From the NCBI RefSeq assembly GCF_009914755.1, contig NC_060925.1: a DNA stretch of 64,000 bases. One strand, written 5' to 3'. The number at the start of each line of letters is the position of its first letter. Position 1 is the first letter of the stretch. The notes beneath the pieces are model-generated. The model was not told the DNA's origin. It saw only the letters and a list, made by a program, of their open reading frames with translations, and ran no database searches. Source of the DNA: the human T2T-CHM13v2.0 reference genome, Homo sapiens. Below, one piece after another: positions 51,626 to 64,000 of the stretch. Both the position numbers and the translations under genes were made by a program.

Positions 51626-52156
51626 TGTATTAACCCTGCCACTTATTTTCTGTATTCTGTTGCTTTTATATCTGCGGCCTTGCTGACCCTGGAGGGACTG
51701 CCCCTCCAGGACTGTTTAATTCCTAGAGATATTAAATGACTTGCCACAGAGTGTGCCTTTCATATGAAAACCAACCAATCCAGAGCCCACACCCCACAAC
51801 CCCCTTTCTTATTGGGCTCCCATATGTAGGGCCACTATTCTCCTATCCTAATCACCTCATGGCCAGGTGCAAGACAATTACAGATGACCTCTGTGCCCCA
51901 GAGCCTGTTGAAATTATTCAGACTAGACCATCCTAGAGCTGCTTCCCTGTCTCACCCATTCCTTCCCACAAAACCACCACAAAAGCTCTCTCCCTGGATC
52001 TCCTGACCAACCCTGGTGCTTCCCCATGTGGCCCTTTGTGATATGGTATGCCCCCTCCTCTTGGGAACTGTAATAAATGATCTTTTCAAGGATAATTATC
52101 TCCTGATCTGCTGGCCTCATTATACTTGAATAATAATAAAATCCACATGTTAAAAC
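51626..52156 (+). mobile_element. MER74/MER73-like ERV-L LTR
   Basis: CCTTGCTGACCCTGGAGGGACTGCCCCTCC...AACCAACCAATCCAGAGCCC...AATAATAAAA. Confidence 0.7.
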
Positions 52157-53362
52157 AAAGACTTCCTGAAGGAGGTAATGTATGAGATAAGGTCTGAAGA
52201 ATGTGGAAGTATCATCTTTGTATAATGAGGCAGCAAATGGTGTTTTAGGTACAGAGAACAGTATGTGCTGGAGATAAAAGAAGGCAGAAGCCACCCAAGA
52301 ATTCAAGTAGCTGACTGTGGCTGGAGCACAGAAAGTGAGGAAGATGTGGGTTAAGGTGGAGTTGAAGAGGTTGGCAGGCACCAGATCTGGAAGGTCTTTA
52401 TGTGCCATGTTTAATAATCTGCAGAAAACATCAGCTACTGAGTTGTGCCTGACCACTATGCTTTCTCATCTTCCTTCTCCTGCAGACAGCCTGCTAATAT
52501 CTGTGGGATATTTCTCCCACACTTTATGCTGTCTGGTTGGGGACATCTGATTGGTCCACCTGACCAAATTTGACGAATCAGAATGTTCCCTGGGATTGAT
52601 ATAGAAATGGTGGGAAAGATGCTGTTTTTCTACAGAAGTGACTGGCTTTGGTGGATGTGATTCCAGAGCTGGCAGTGGTGGTCTTCCCTGACACTTGGAA
52701 AGACGCTGACTAAAGAAGAAAGCACTCCAATGGAGACAAGTAGACATGAGACACTGACAGTGAGAAAAAAAATATTCCACTGATTTTAACTCCCGATTTC
52801 TTGATCCTGAAATTCTAGTGTTTCTGCTTTTCTTTGAATACTATGAACTACCACAGAATCCTTTTCTATGTGAACATGAGAATCCCTTTTTTAAAGTTTT
52901 GCTTTGTATTTTTTTCCCTTTTGTTCAATCCAGTTTGCTTTGAATTGCTGCCATTTGCAACTAATGGGTCTTAAAAAAATCCTTCACTAAGGAAATTTAG
53001 AGATCCTGAGGAATTTTAAGTAGGAGAAGGATGTAATGGGATATATATTTTAGAATGATCATTTTGGAGCTAATATGGAGAATGAATTGGTGTGGAGAGA
53101 GAAGGGAAGGAGACATCTGGCTGGAGGTGGGAAGAGACAAATTGGAAAGCTTTTGTAGTAATTCTGGCAGAATATGGTGAAGGCCCAAAACAGAAGGGAA
53201 AACTGGGCAGTTGGAAAAGATTAGATAGATACAGAGGCGGGATGATTAATGAGATTTTGGTAAAATCTGAAATCGTTAGGCTTCTAATACACTTATTTTA
53301 GGATTTAACATTATCATCTTTAGAAAATTGTCTCTAGTGGTGATGATACCATAATCTTTTCA

Positions 53363-53720
<358 letters not shown>

Positions 53721-54011
53721 CCCCAGTAGCAATAAAAAGCAATTCAAGGGTTTGGAAGGGTGGGTGAAGGGGAGTGATAGCATTCCTCTCGCATTTTAAG
53801 AATATCCTTTGACTGCTGTGTGGAGAATGGCTAGAATGAAGGCAAAAGTACAAACAAGGAAACTAGTCATTCTTCAATATTTATGGAACACCTACTATGT
53901 GCCAGGTACCATACTAGACCCCAGAGATGGAATAGTTAATAAGAAGGATACAGTTTTTGGCTCCATGGAGCTTCCATTTTAGTGGGGCAGTCAGACTATA
54001 AGCAGACAAAT

Positions 54012-54027
54012 TATCTATCTATCTATG

Positions 54028-54061
<34 letters not shown>

Positions 54062-54335
54062 CCTATCATCTCTATCATCTGTCTATCCAACCATCTACCT
54101 ATATCTATCCATCTCTTTCATCTATCCATTTATATCTATCTAATGTGTCTTCTATCTGCCTACTTACCTATCTCTATCATCTATTTATCTATCTCTACCA
54201 TCTACCCATCTATGCACCTATTCATCTACCTATCTATCTCTATCATCTGTGTATCCATCCGTCTACCCATCTATCATCTATCTATCTATTCATCTATATA
54301 TCTGTTCATCTCTCTGTCTATCAGTCTATCTATCT
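54012..54335. repeat. Compound (TATC/CATC)n tetranucleotide repeat
   Basis: Directly visible; pure at its 5' end, then degenerate. Confidence 0.95.
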
Positions 54336-54854
54336 TAGGAGTTGATAAGTTTTAGGAAAAAAGGTAAAGCAGGGTATGGGGCATGGCAGGTGGAGGTTTA
54401 CAGGAGCAGGTTGCTATTTTATTAGGCTGTGTCAGGGAAGTTTATCTTATTTGAGCAAAGACCTGGAGAAAATAAAAGTGTGAGCAGCAGTAATATCTGC
54501 AGAAAAGCATTCCAAACAAAGTAAACAGCAAACTGAACATGGGAGCGTGCCTATTGTGTTTGAAGAAAGGCATGGGGATCAATAGGAATGGAGCAAGAGG
54601 GGAAATGGTAGGAGACAGGGAAGAGAGGTAGTGGGGTCCTGATCACGTAAGTCCTCAAAGGCCTTTGTTAGGATTGACCCTTACCTCTGTGACCAATGAG
54701 AAGCCATTGTATGGTTTCAAACAGAGAAGAGGCCTGCCTTGGCTTAGATTTGAAAAGAATCCCTCAGGCTGCTTTGTGGAGTATAGACTTGCAGGAGGAT
54801 GAGCAAGGGTAGAGGCAAGGAGACAGTTCAGAGGCTACTTGCGTTCATCTAGAT

Positions 54855-55076
54855 CAGGTTTCACAGCCTCTGCACCATTGACAATTAAGGCCAGATAATT
54901 CTTTGTTGTAGAGGCTGCCCTGTGTGTTGTATGATGTTTGGCAGCACTCCTGGCCTTTAACCACTAGATGCCAGTAGTGACCCTTCCCTCAGTAGTGCCA
55001 CCAAAGATGTCTCCAGACATTGCCAAAACCCATGGGGAGAAGAGTGGACAAAACCTTCCCCAGGTGAGAACCACTG
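54855..55076 (-). mobile_element. MER20 hAT-Charlie
   Basis: CAGGTTTC...GAGAACCACTG with a perfect 8-bp TSD ATCTAGAT. Confidence 0.9.
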
Positions 55077-55527
55077 ATCTAGATGACCGATGACAGTGGC
55101 ATGCACTAGAGCAGTAGATGGGCAGGTGGGGAGAAGTGGTGAGATTCTGTATGTGTTTTGAAGGCAAAACACACAGAATTTGTTGATGCATTATGCGTGG
55201 ATCCTGTGAACAAGATAAGGATTAGGAAGATTTTAAGATTTTTGGCCTGAGGCACTGGAACAATAAAGCTGCTGCTTACCAAGATGGGAAAGACTACAGG
55301 AGGAGCAAGTTAGAGGAAATCAGGAGTCTGGTTTTGGATGTGTTGAATTTGAGATGCCTGTTAAATCCACATGGAGGTGACAAGTAGGCAGTTGGATATA
55401 CAAGTCAGGAGTTCAGGAATGAGGTCCAGGCTAGAGACAGAAATGTGACAGTCATTAGAACAGAGGTGTTACTTAAAGCCTTGAGGCTGGGAGAGCTTGT
55501 CTGTGCAGGGAGTAGAGATAGGGAAGG

Positions 55528-55975
55528 TGTGTTAGGCAGCATTTTAAGATGGCCATCTGATATCTGACCTATGTTATGTCCTTTGAAAGTAGACAGGACG
55601 TAGACTTGCTTCTAACTAGTAGAATATGGTGAGGTAAGGGGTTGTCCCTCCTACAAGTACACCATGTTACATAAGTCTGTTTTTTTGCTGACTGGAATCA
55701 GAGGCTTTCCTGCTGACTTTGAAGAAGGAAGCAAAGGGCTTCTTGACAACCACTGTGGAGAGGTCTCATGGCAGGGAACTGCAGGAGACCTCTAGGAGCA
55801 GAGGGCAGACTCCAACAGATAGCCAAAAAGAGGCTGGGGCCCTCAGACATATGGGTGCAAGAAAATGAATTCTGCCAAAAATCTAAATGAGTTTGGAAAT
55901 AGATTCTTCCCCAGCTGAACCTGCAGATGAGAACATAGCCCAGTCATGCCTTCATTTTTGCCTTGAGGGAGACTC
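55528..55975 (+). mobile_element. MLT1E-like LTR
   Basis: TGTGTTAGGCAGCATTTTAAGATGGCC...GAATTCTGCCAA...CAGATGAGAACATAGCCC. Confidence 0.75.
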
Positions 55976-56688
55976 TGAGTTAAGCAAAAACAGGTCTGAG
56001 TTCAGGAGCACATTGGTGCTGAAAAGTTGAGGTCAGGACAAGCCAACAAAGACTGGCAGAAAACAAAGGCAGAGTCAGAAGCTAAGTGAATAAAATGAAA
56101 CATTTTGAGAAAAACAGAGGGACTACTGTGTCAATTGGGACTGACAGGTTGAGTAATCTGAGGTCTGAGAATGACTTATGGGATTTGGCAAAGTGGTGAT
56201 TATGAGTGACCTTGAAATGACCTTGAAAAACAGCTGTCTCCCTAGAGTAGCGGGACTGAAAGCCTGATGGCAGTAACTGAGGTTAAAACACACACACACA
56301 GACACACACACACACACGTCAGGATTTGGATTCATATGGGAACAGCAATCAAGTCTGCATTCTGTTTTGGAGGTAACATCAATAGGACTTGCTGACAGAT
56401 GGGAATAGGGGAAGGGAGAAGTCATCCCAAAGGTGGAAGCCCTAGCCACTGGGTAGGAGGCAATGCCTTTTACTAAAATGGGAGAAAACCAGGAGAGGAA
56501 CAGGTAGAGGAGGGAACCAGTTAAAGTTATGTTAAAAACCTGGTGTCTCTTAACATATCCCCACAGAGAAATTCCATAGGCAGTTGGATATGAGTCTGAG
56601 CTCAATAAACAGGTCAGGATTAGAACTTCAGAGCGTTCCATTTACAGAAAGTACTTAAACCAATGATACTGTCTAGAATCATTGAGAA

Positions 56689-56912
56689 CAGTGGTTCTGA
56701 AACTGAGAGATGAGGGTACATAGGAGGTGGCGATCTTGCTTCCAGGGCACACTGGGCAATGTCTGGAGGCATTTTTTATTGTCACAATTCAGGCAGGGAG
56801 TGCTACTGGCAACTAGTGTGTAGAGGCCAGGGATACTGCCAAATATCCTACAATACACAACAAAGAATAATATAGCCCAAAATGTCAGTTGTGCCAAGGT
56901 TGACAAATCCTG
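56689..56912 (+). mobile_element. MER20 hAT-Charlie
   Basis: CAGTGGTTCT...GGCAATGTCTGGAG...GCCAAGGTTGACAAATCCTG, in opposite orientation to the copy at 54855. Confidence 0.85.
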
Positions 56913-57600
56913 GTCTAGAAAGCACGTTGCTATAGAAGGAGACTCAGAATCAAGCTCTGGGGAATCTGAAATGTGGAGGTCAGATAGGAAAGGGTAATCC
57001 TTAAGGGAGATTTAGGATATAGGTCCAGAATAGCAGGGAGAACACCTACGTGACTATGATAAACTAAGAAAAGAACAGGAAGTGAGAACCGGGAGACCCC
57101 GAGCACAGGTTGCTAGGAGTAGACGTCTTTGCTCACACACCTCCTGATAGAATTTATATACCATCTTGAACATTTTTAAGTTGACACCTGAAATAGTTCA
57201 TCATAAGTCTATATTTTTTAAAATTATTTATAGGCTGAAAATATTTAGTATTTTAAAAATATAACATAGGAAAAGATTGACTTGATTGGAATAAAACTTG
57301 CCTGATACAATTTACTGTTTTTTAAATGCTAGCTTTCAGTTATTCTCTTTACTTAACCATACTGAATCTGAAAAACCCCTGTTAAAATGCTGATTTGTGT
57401 TTCTACCCCCATTGTATCTGGACACTTTTGGTAGTCCCTCAAACCAATTTAGTTTAATTTAAAAGAATCAATGTCACTAACCCAAAGGGATTCTGCTTTT
57501 CTGATTTCAGAGCATGCTAACAGTAACCCAAAGACTCTGTTTCTAATGATACCCTTTGCTCTTAACAAGAAAGAAAGGAAGTCCTAAGTGTTGATGTTTC

Positions 57601-58335
<735 letters not shown>

Positions 58336-58520
58336 ATGATATCTGATGCATTCTTGGGCATATCAGTTCTACTACAGAGTGTATATGGAAGGAGAAGACC
58401 TGGAAAGGGACTCTCTTATAATGATCTGTGCACAAGATTGTATAGAGAGTTTTCAGGTATCCCCAGGGGAATGGTAACCAAGTTGGGCAACCAGGGTATA
58501 AAGAAGTATTTTACAAGCTA

Positions 58521-58945
<425 letters not shown>

Positions 58946-59529
58946 AAGGAGGCATTGAGTTACCTCCCAGAGTGGAGTCCTGGAAAGGGCTGGAGAGAAT
59001 GAGTCCCAAGCACCCGAGGAGGGAACTGACTGTGTGACAGTGGGGATACTTGCTCCCCTATGACAGTCTCTCACCGCTCTTCTCACTAACTCGGCTTTAT
59101 CTTTAGTGAACTTTTAGTTTTTATTAGTTTATCGTGCATCTGTTCCATTACAATGGAAATTCCATGATGAGAGGGACTTTTCTGTATTGTTCATTACTGA
59201 ATTACCAGTGCTCAGTGTATTGCCTACCATAGAGTAGGTGTTTAATAAATGCGTGTGGAATAAATGATAAAAAATGAAAATACCTGGACACAGATATAGT
59301 ATAGATGTGATCTGATGGTAAGAACATGTGAGAATTGTTGTGCAATTTGCTTCTGTTTCCCCAACAAAAGGTGACAGAAGGGCATGAGCTAAGACAGAGG
59401 GGGCGTTGTGGGGAAGAAGTAGGGGAGAAAGTTGCGGCAAGTCTTGAAGGCATGAACTAGTCATTTTCATTAGAGAGAAAGCAAGCCTGCTGGAGATACA
59501 AGGGAGTTCGCAGTCACTGCTGAGTATCC

Positions 59530-60134
59530 TGCTGGGGCTCAGAAACTGGTGCCCTGACATATGGCACTTTGACACGTTGAACTGGAGAAGCAGCCTCAAG
59601 GTCTCTACCACCCCCTCCTCTTCTCTGGCTCCAGTTCTTTGTCTCTCCTAAAGCACAGGATGAAGTTCTTCTCTGAGGTTCCCTAATATACCTGGAAACC
59701 AGACCCCCAAAGAGGAACACAATTGCCCTCCACCCATTCCCTGAAATCTCATTCTGTATCACAGGAAGGAAGACTGAGGAGTACAACCACATCTGGATGG
59801 ACTTTTCCACAAGACACTGTCTGCCTCTAGGGCTCATCTAAATTCCAAAGAGAATCATTTTCAGGTTACTTTCTGTCTCCTGGGTCCATTCATTTCCCCT
59901 GTAAATTATTTCAGTCCTACACCCCCATCTCCCCACTTCCCAATAAAGAGCATACTTAAGCATCAACCAGCTGGCTGTTTTGGAGTTTTCATGTTTTGTA
60001 TGATTCCAGTGCACATGTGTGCACTTAGTAAATTTCTGATGCTTTTCTCTGTTAACCTGTCTTTTGTTATAGGAGTGTCAGCCTTGACCCTTTATGATGG
60101 GGAGGAAGGGGATCACCCCTTTTCTGCCTCTGCA
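59530..60134 (+). mobile_element. MER39 LTR
   Basis: TGCTGGGGCTCAGAAA...AGAAGCAGCCTCAAGGTCTCT...GGGATCACCCCTTTTCTGCCTCTGCA. Confidence 0.8.
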
Positions 60135-62185
60135 CCCATTTGAGGTTTGTGGTTGAGTATTTTAAAGTGCAACTGGTTGGCTCAGTTCTGTGATTGATTT
60201 CTAGGTGTTTGGCTTATGCAGCTGGCATTTGGTGGAGCCATTTATCAAGAAACAAAATGAAGGAGGATAAGAAAGCCTTTCAGGAAAGATAATGAATCAA
60301 TTTCGAACATGCTGAGTTTGAGGCATCAGTGGGACATCAAAGTGAAGTAGTATTATACATGGGTCTAGTGGAGGGGGGAAAGAAGCACATGGTGAAGATG
60401 TGACGGGAGAATTGTGAGTATGTGGACCAGAGCTGAAACCCTAAGGGCACAGCTGAGATGACTGTGGGAGAGGGTAGCATGGAAGAGAAAGGTTAGCAGA
60501 ACCCCGAGGAGCACTAATTGTGAAAGAGTCGCATACATTTATCATGCTTGAAGGTCGTGTCTCTCTAAGCAGATTCTGAGCTCTTCAGGGTCAAAGGCTG
60601 GGTCTTGAGCTTCATTCATTCTTAGCCCCTGTCATAGTGCTGGCCACACAGAAGACAATTCTAAAATTCACTCTGATTTTATTTCTCTGCACTTTCATTT
60701 ATGAGGATCCTATCACGGTTTATGATTTGAAATGCTAAGGGATAATTTTTTTAAAATCATAACTTTCATACGAATATAAAAAGAACACTTGTAAAGATTT
60801 GAACTCAGTACTTAACAAGAGAACTAGTAAAATGTTATCACCACTTCAAGAGACAATCTAAAGAGCAGACAAATATACAGCCAAGGATGTGCGAATGAAC
60901 TTCCCTAAGATATGCAAAACTGGCTTTTTCCAAAGGAAATTGAGGCAAGATGGGTCAACTTTACTTTCACAGGATAAAATTTATTTGCATGTTTATAGAC
61001 AAATGTTACTATTATTTGCATTGCTATCAGTTATGCACAACTTACAGAGTTGTAAAATAGCTTAAAGTCAAGAAAGGCACAGGATACACCATAGAGTCAC
61101 ATCTGGAATGGCATGCTAGACTGACTCTTTTTCCTTTGAAGACAACTGTAACCTTCTTGGTTCATTTCAAAGTCACAATTTCTCCTGTAATGCTAAAAAG
61201 GAAAAGATATTATCCCTACCATTTCTATGAGTAGGGTCTATTACAAAACATAGATGAAAGTATATTTGGGTATTACTATAACATTTCCTAGTTGATGAGG
61301 GAGATGAGGCTGAATTGGGGACCCCCCCTAACATAATGTCTTCTAATTGGCATGGGAAATGTTCACGAATCAAACCAAACCACCTCAAATCCACCCTGGA
61401 ATGAGGCAGAGTTATAAACAAAATATAGAAGATGTTGAAATAGCCCAGTTGGTTCATTGAGCTTTCCAAGTCAGAGTGCAGGTCCTGAAGGTGGTGACTG
61501 TCTCCCCTGTCCCCTGCTGCTCCACCCCTACCGCCATGTCTGCCCTCCTCTAGGAATGCAGGACCGTCTGACTGTATCCTCAGCCTTCAGGTCAAGCACA
61601 TGATCTGTTTAAAAATGGAAACCCTCCTATCCTTCAGTAGTGAACAAGGGCGACTCTGGTTGCTTTTGGAAAATTCAGCTGCTTTAGTCCAACAGTTCAG
61701 GAGAGGATCAGCATAAGAACTTGGTGATGATTACTAGAGAAAATGCTCCTATGATTTCCTGAGCATAATATTTCCCCTTGCAATTTTTGAGTGTTCTATA
61801 GCAAACCTGCCAAAAATGTGGAGCCTATAAATAGGGGAGAGTGGGAAGAAAAAAATGGGACCTCTCACAATGCCACTGAAAACAGGGAACTAAAAATTTT
61901 CCAGAGATGCAAAGTCAAAGGGGGATTAATATTTACTTAGAAATGAAGTAGCAGGTGCATGCTTTATAAAGAAAAGCCAAGAAAGGATGAAATTAGGGGA
62001 GAGACTGAAAAAGATGGAAAAATGTGCCAACTAAAGTCTCATTTTGAAGAAAGTTACAGATCAACAAAGGGGGAAAAACTCAGGTAAAAAGACTCCATAT
62101 TATGTCTTGCATTGATTAGGCAGGTGCTTTATATGCACTTTTAAATTTTCTCTTCCTGCAAATACTATGAAATAAGTATCACTAC

Positions 62186-62434
62186 CAGAGATGACATTCA
62201 AATATTTAACAGCAGACAAATATTTAACAGCACAGACACTAGCCAATCAGAAGCTGGCTAGAGGAGCCCCGCTAAGCCAGGCAGTAACCCTCTAATGGCT
62301 GGATCATGAGGCCAAGGTAGGGGTCAGGGCAGCAGCAGATTCTGTACAGAGGCCATTCACCAACCTTTGAGATGTTGCAATATTTACCAAGTAGCACAGC
62401 TGAAATACTGTGTGCCAGTTGAACATCAGCTCTG
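62186..62434. mobile_element. BLACKJACK/MER81-like hAT remnant
   Basis: CAGAG...CTCTG ends and TTCAAATATTTAACA...CCAATCAGAA. Confidence 0.45.
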
Positions 62435-63120
62435 AGTGGAAACCCAGGGCCATGTCCTCTGGGCAGGTGTAGGCTTTCTCTCTTGCGTTTGTCCTCTGTA
62501 GATTATGATGCTAGCATTGAAGTCTTTCTTGTTGCGCCTGGCTGTGGTGGTCTGCACCACTATCTGTGTCTCCAAGCCGCAGCCCACTCCATGGGGTCCT
62601 GATGGTTCCCTTCTGAATCTAGGGAGGACAGCAGGCAGCAGGGACCCTCCATCGCTGTTGCCACTTAATCCCTTTAGCATCCTCAAGATAAGCCCAGTCT
62701 GTACAAATTCAGGTTCATTTTATTTCTAAAGTCCCAGGAACAATGTCAGAAGGGAATTACAGTGAAGAAAGAAAGAGTTCAAGTTCCAGCTTACCTAGAC
62801 TTCCTGCAGAGCCTCGAAAGAGAAGGCAGGGTTGCAGACATCTTTGTTTCATCTGTCCAGCATCCTCTCCCGTGCCTTGGTACTGGGCTTTGAAGCCAGG
62901 CTGCCTGGGTTTGCAACTTGCCACTTATTAACAGTGTGACCTTGGGATAAAGGCCCACCTTTCAGAGCCACTATAGATTGGTTATTGGAATTGCTGGTTT
63001 TGTTAGGTGTTACAAAATGTCAGGGTTTTTTTTTCTTCTTTTGATGCGTAAACTGAGGTATTAGGGGATAGGAAATGATATGGTGTTTAGAATTTGCTTT
63101 AAAACATATTCCAATAAAAG

Positions 63121-63521
<401 letters not shown>

Positions 63522-64000
63522 CTAAGTACATAGGGTGGGGTTCTTGTGCTCTCCACACTTCTGTGTACTTGAAAATTTTCATAACAAGAGAAAACAAAAA
63601 ATTAAACAGAAAATGAGGTTTTCATTTCCTCCAGCAAAACAAACATAACAGGGACTTAGGATGTACTTTTCCCAATCGCTCCTCTGGCAGAATATTTTGA
63701 TCCTCCAGCTAGCTTCCAGCTCTTATCCTGTTCATCTGTTCTGTAGATACTGGCAGGAAATAGGCTCTTCAACAGGGCCTGCTAGGTCCAGTGCTAGGGA
63801 GTAGAGCGTTTTGGATTCTACGCCTACATTTTTTTTTAAGTGACCAGTTTTCTAGTTGAGATACTTGAAATACAAAGTCTCATGGTGAGGTCTTACCCTC
63901 TGCTGTCCCATTCCTTTTTACAGGCCATCATGGCGTTAATCTTATCTCCAAGGAGAAAAATTGGGAAGAGAGGCCTAGATTCCTCAACAGAAGCGGGAAG

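Larger units (their letters stand above)
53866..57080 (-). mobile_element. L2 LINE (long, fragmented)
   Basis: 3' end TCATTC...TATTTATGGAACACCTACTATGTGCCAGG and a purine-rich antisense body (GTTTTGGATGTGTTGAATTTGAGATGCCT, GGCAGTTGGATAT). Confidence 0.8.

Noticed and set aside
54025-54355. YLSI-repeat ORFs
   Set aside because: Translation of the (TATC)n microsatellite.
54855-56912. Inverted MER20 pair as a composite transposon
   Set aside because: The left copy has its own perfect TSD and the L2 continues through both, so they are independent insertions.

Overview
Human/primate-type, repeat-dense genomic DNA. I see no intact host protein-coding exon. The main element is a 7.9 kb HERV-H provirus (23718-31596, + strand) with two LTR7s, a tRNA-His PBS, a PPT and a 5-bp TSD. 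Its gag/pro/pol is degraded and deleted, but its env keeps full length and is inactivated only by point stops, a 6-bp deletion and one frameshift. It sits inside a MER4 LTR, within an old HAL1/L1-type element that also holds MER21 and MER41 LTRs. There is also an RPS24 processed pseudogene (- strand), ERV-L pol and CR1/L3 endonuclease fossils, many solo LTRs, Alus, L1/L2/MIR fragments, DNA transposons, a 20-bp VNTR and microsatellites. Features not explained by standard repeats: three local templated duplications (5.1, 39-40 and 42 kb) and a tandemly triplicated CRE-like motif in a CpG-retaining LTR9. I found no evidence for a new multi-gene system. Repeat family names come from my recall of consensus sequences, not from a database search.
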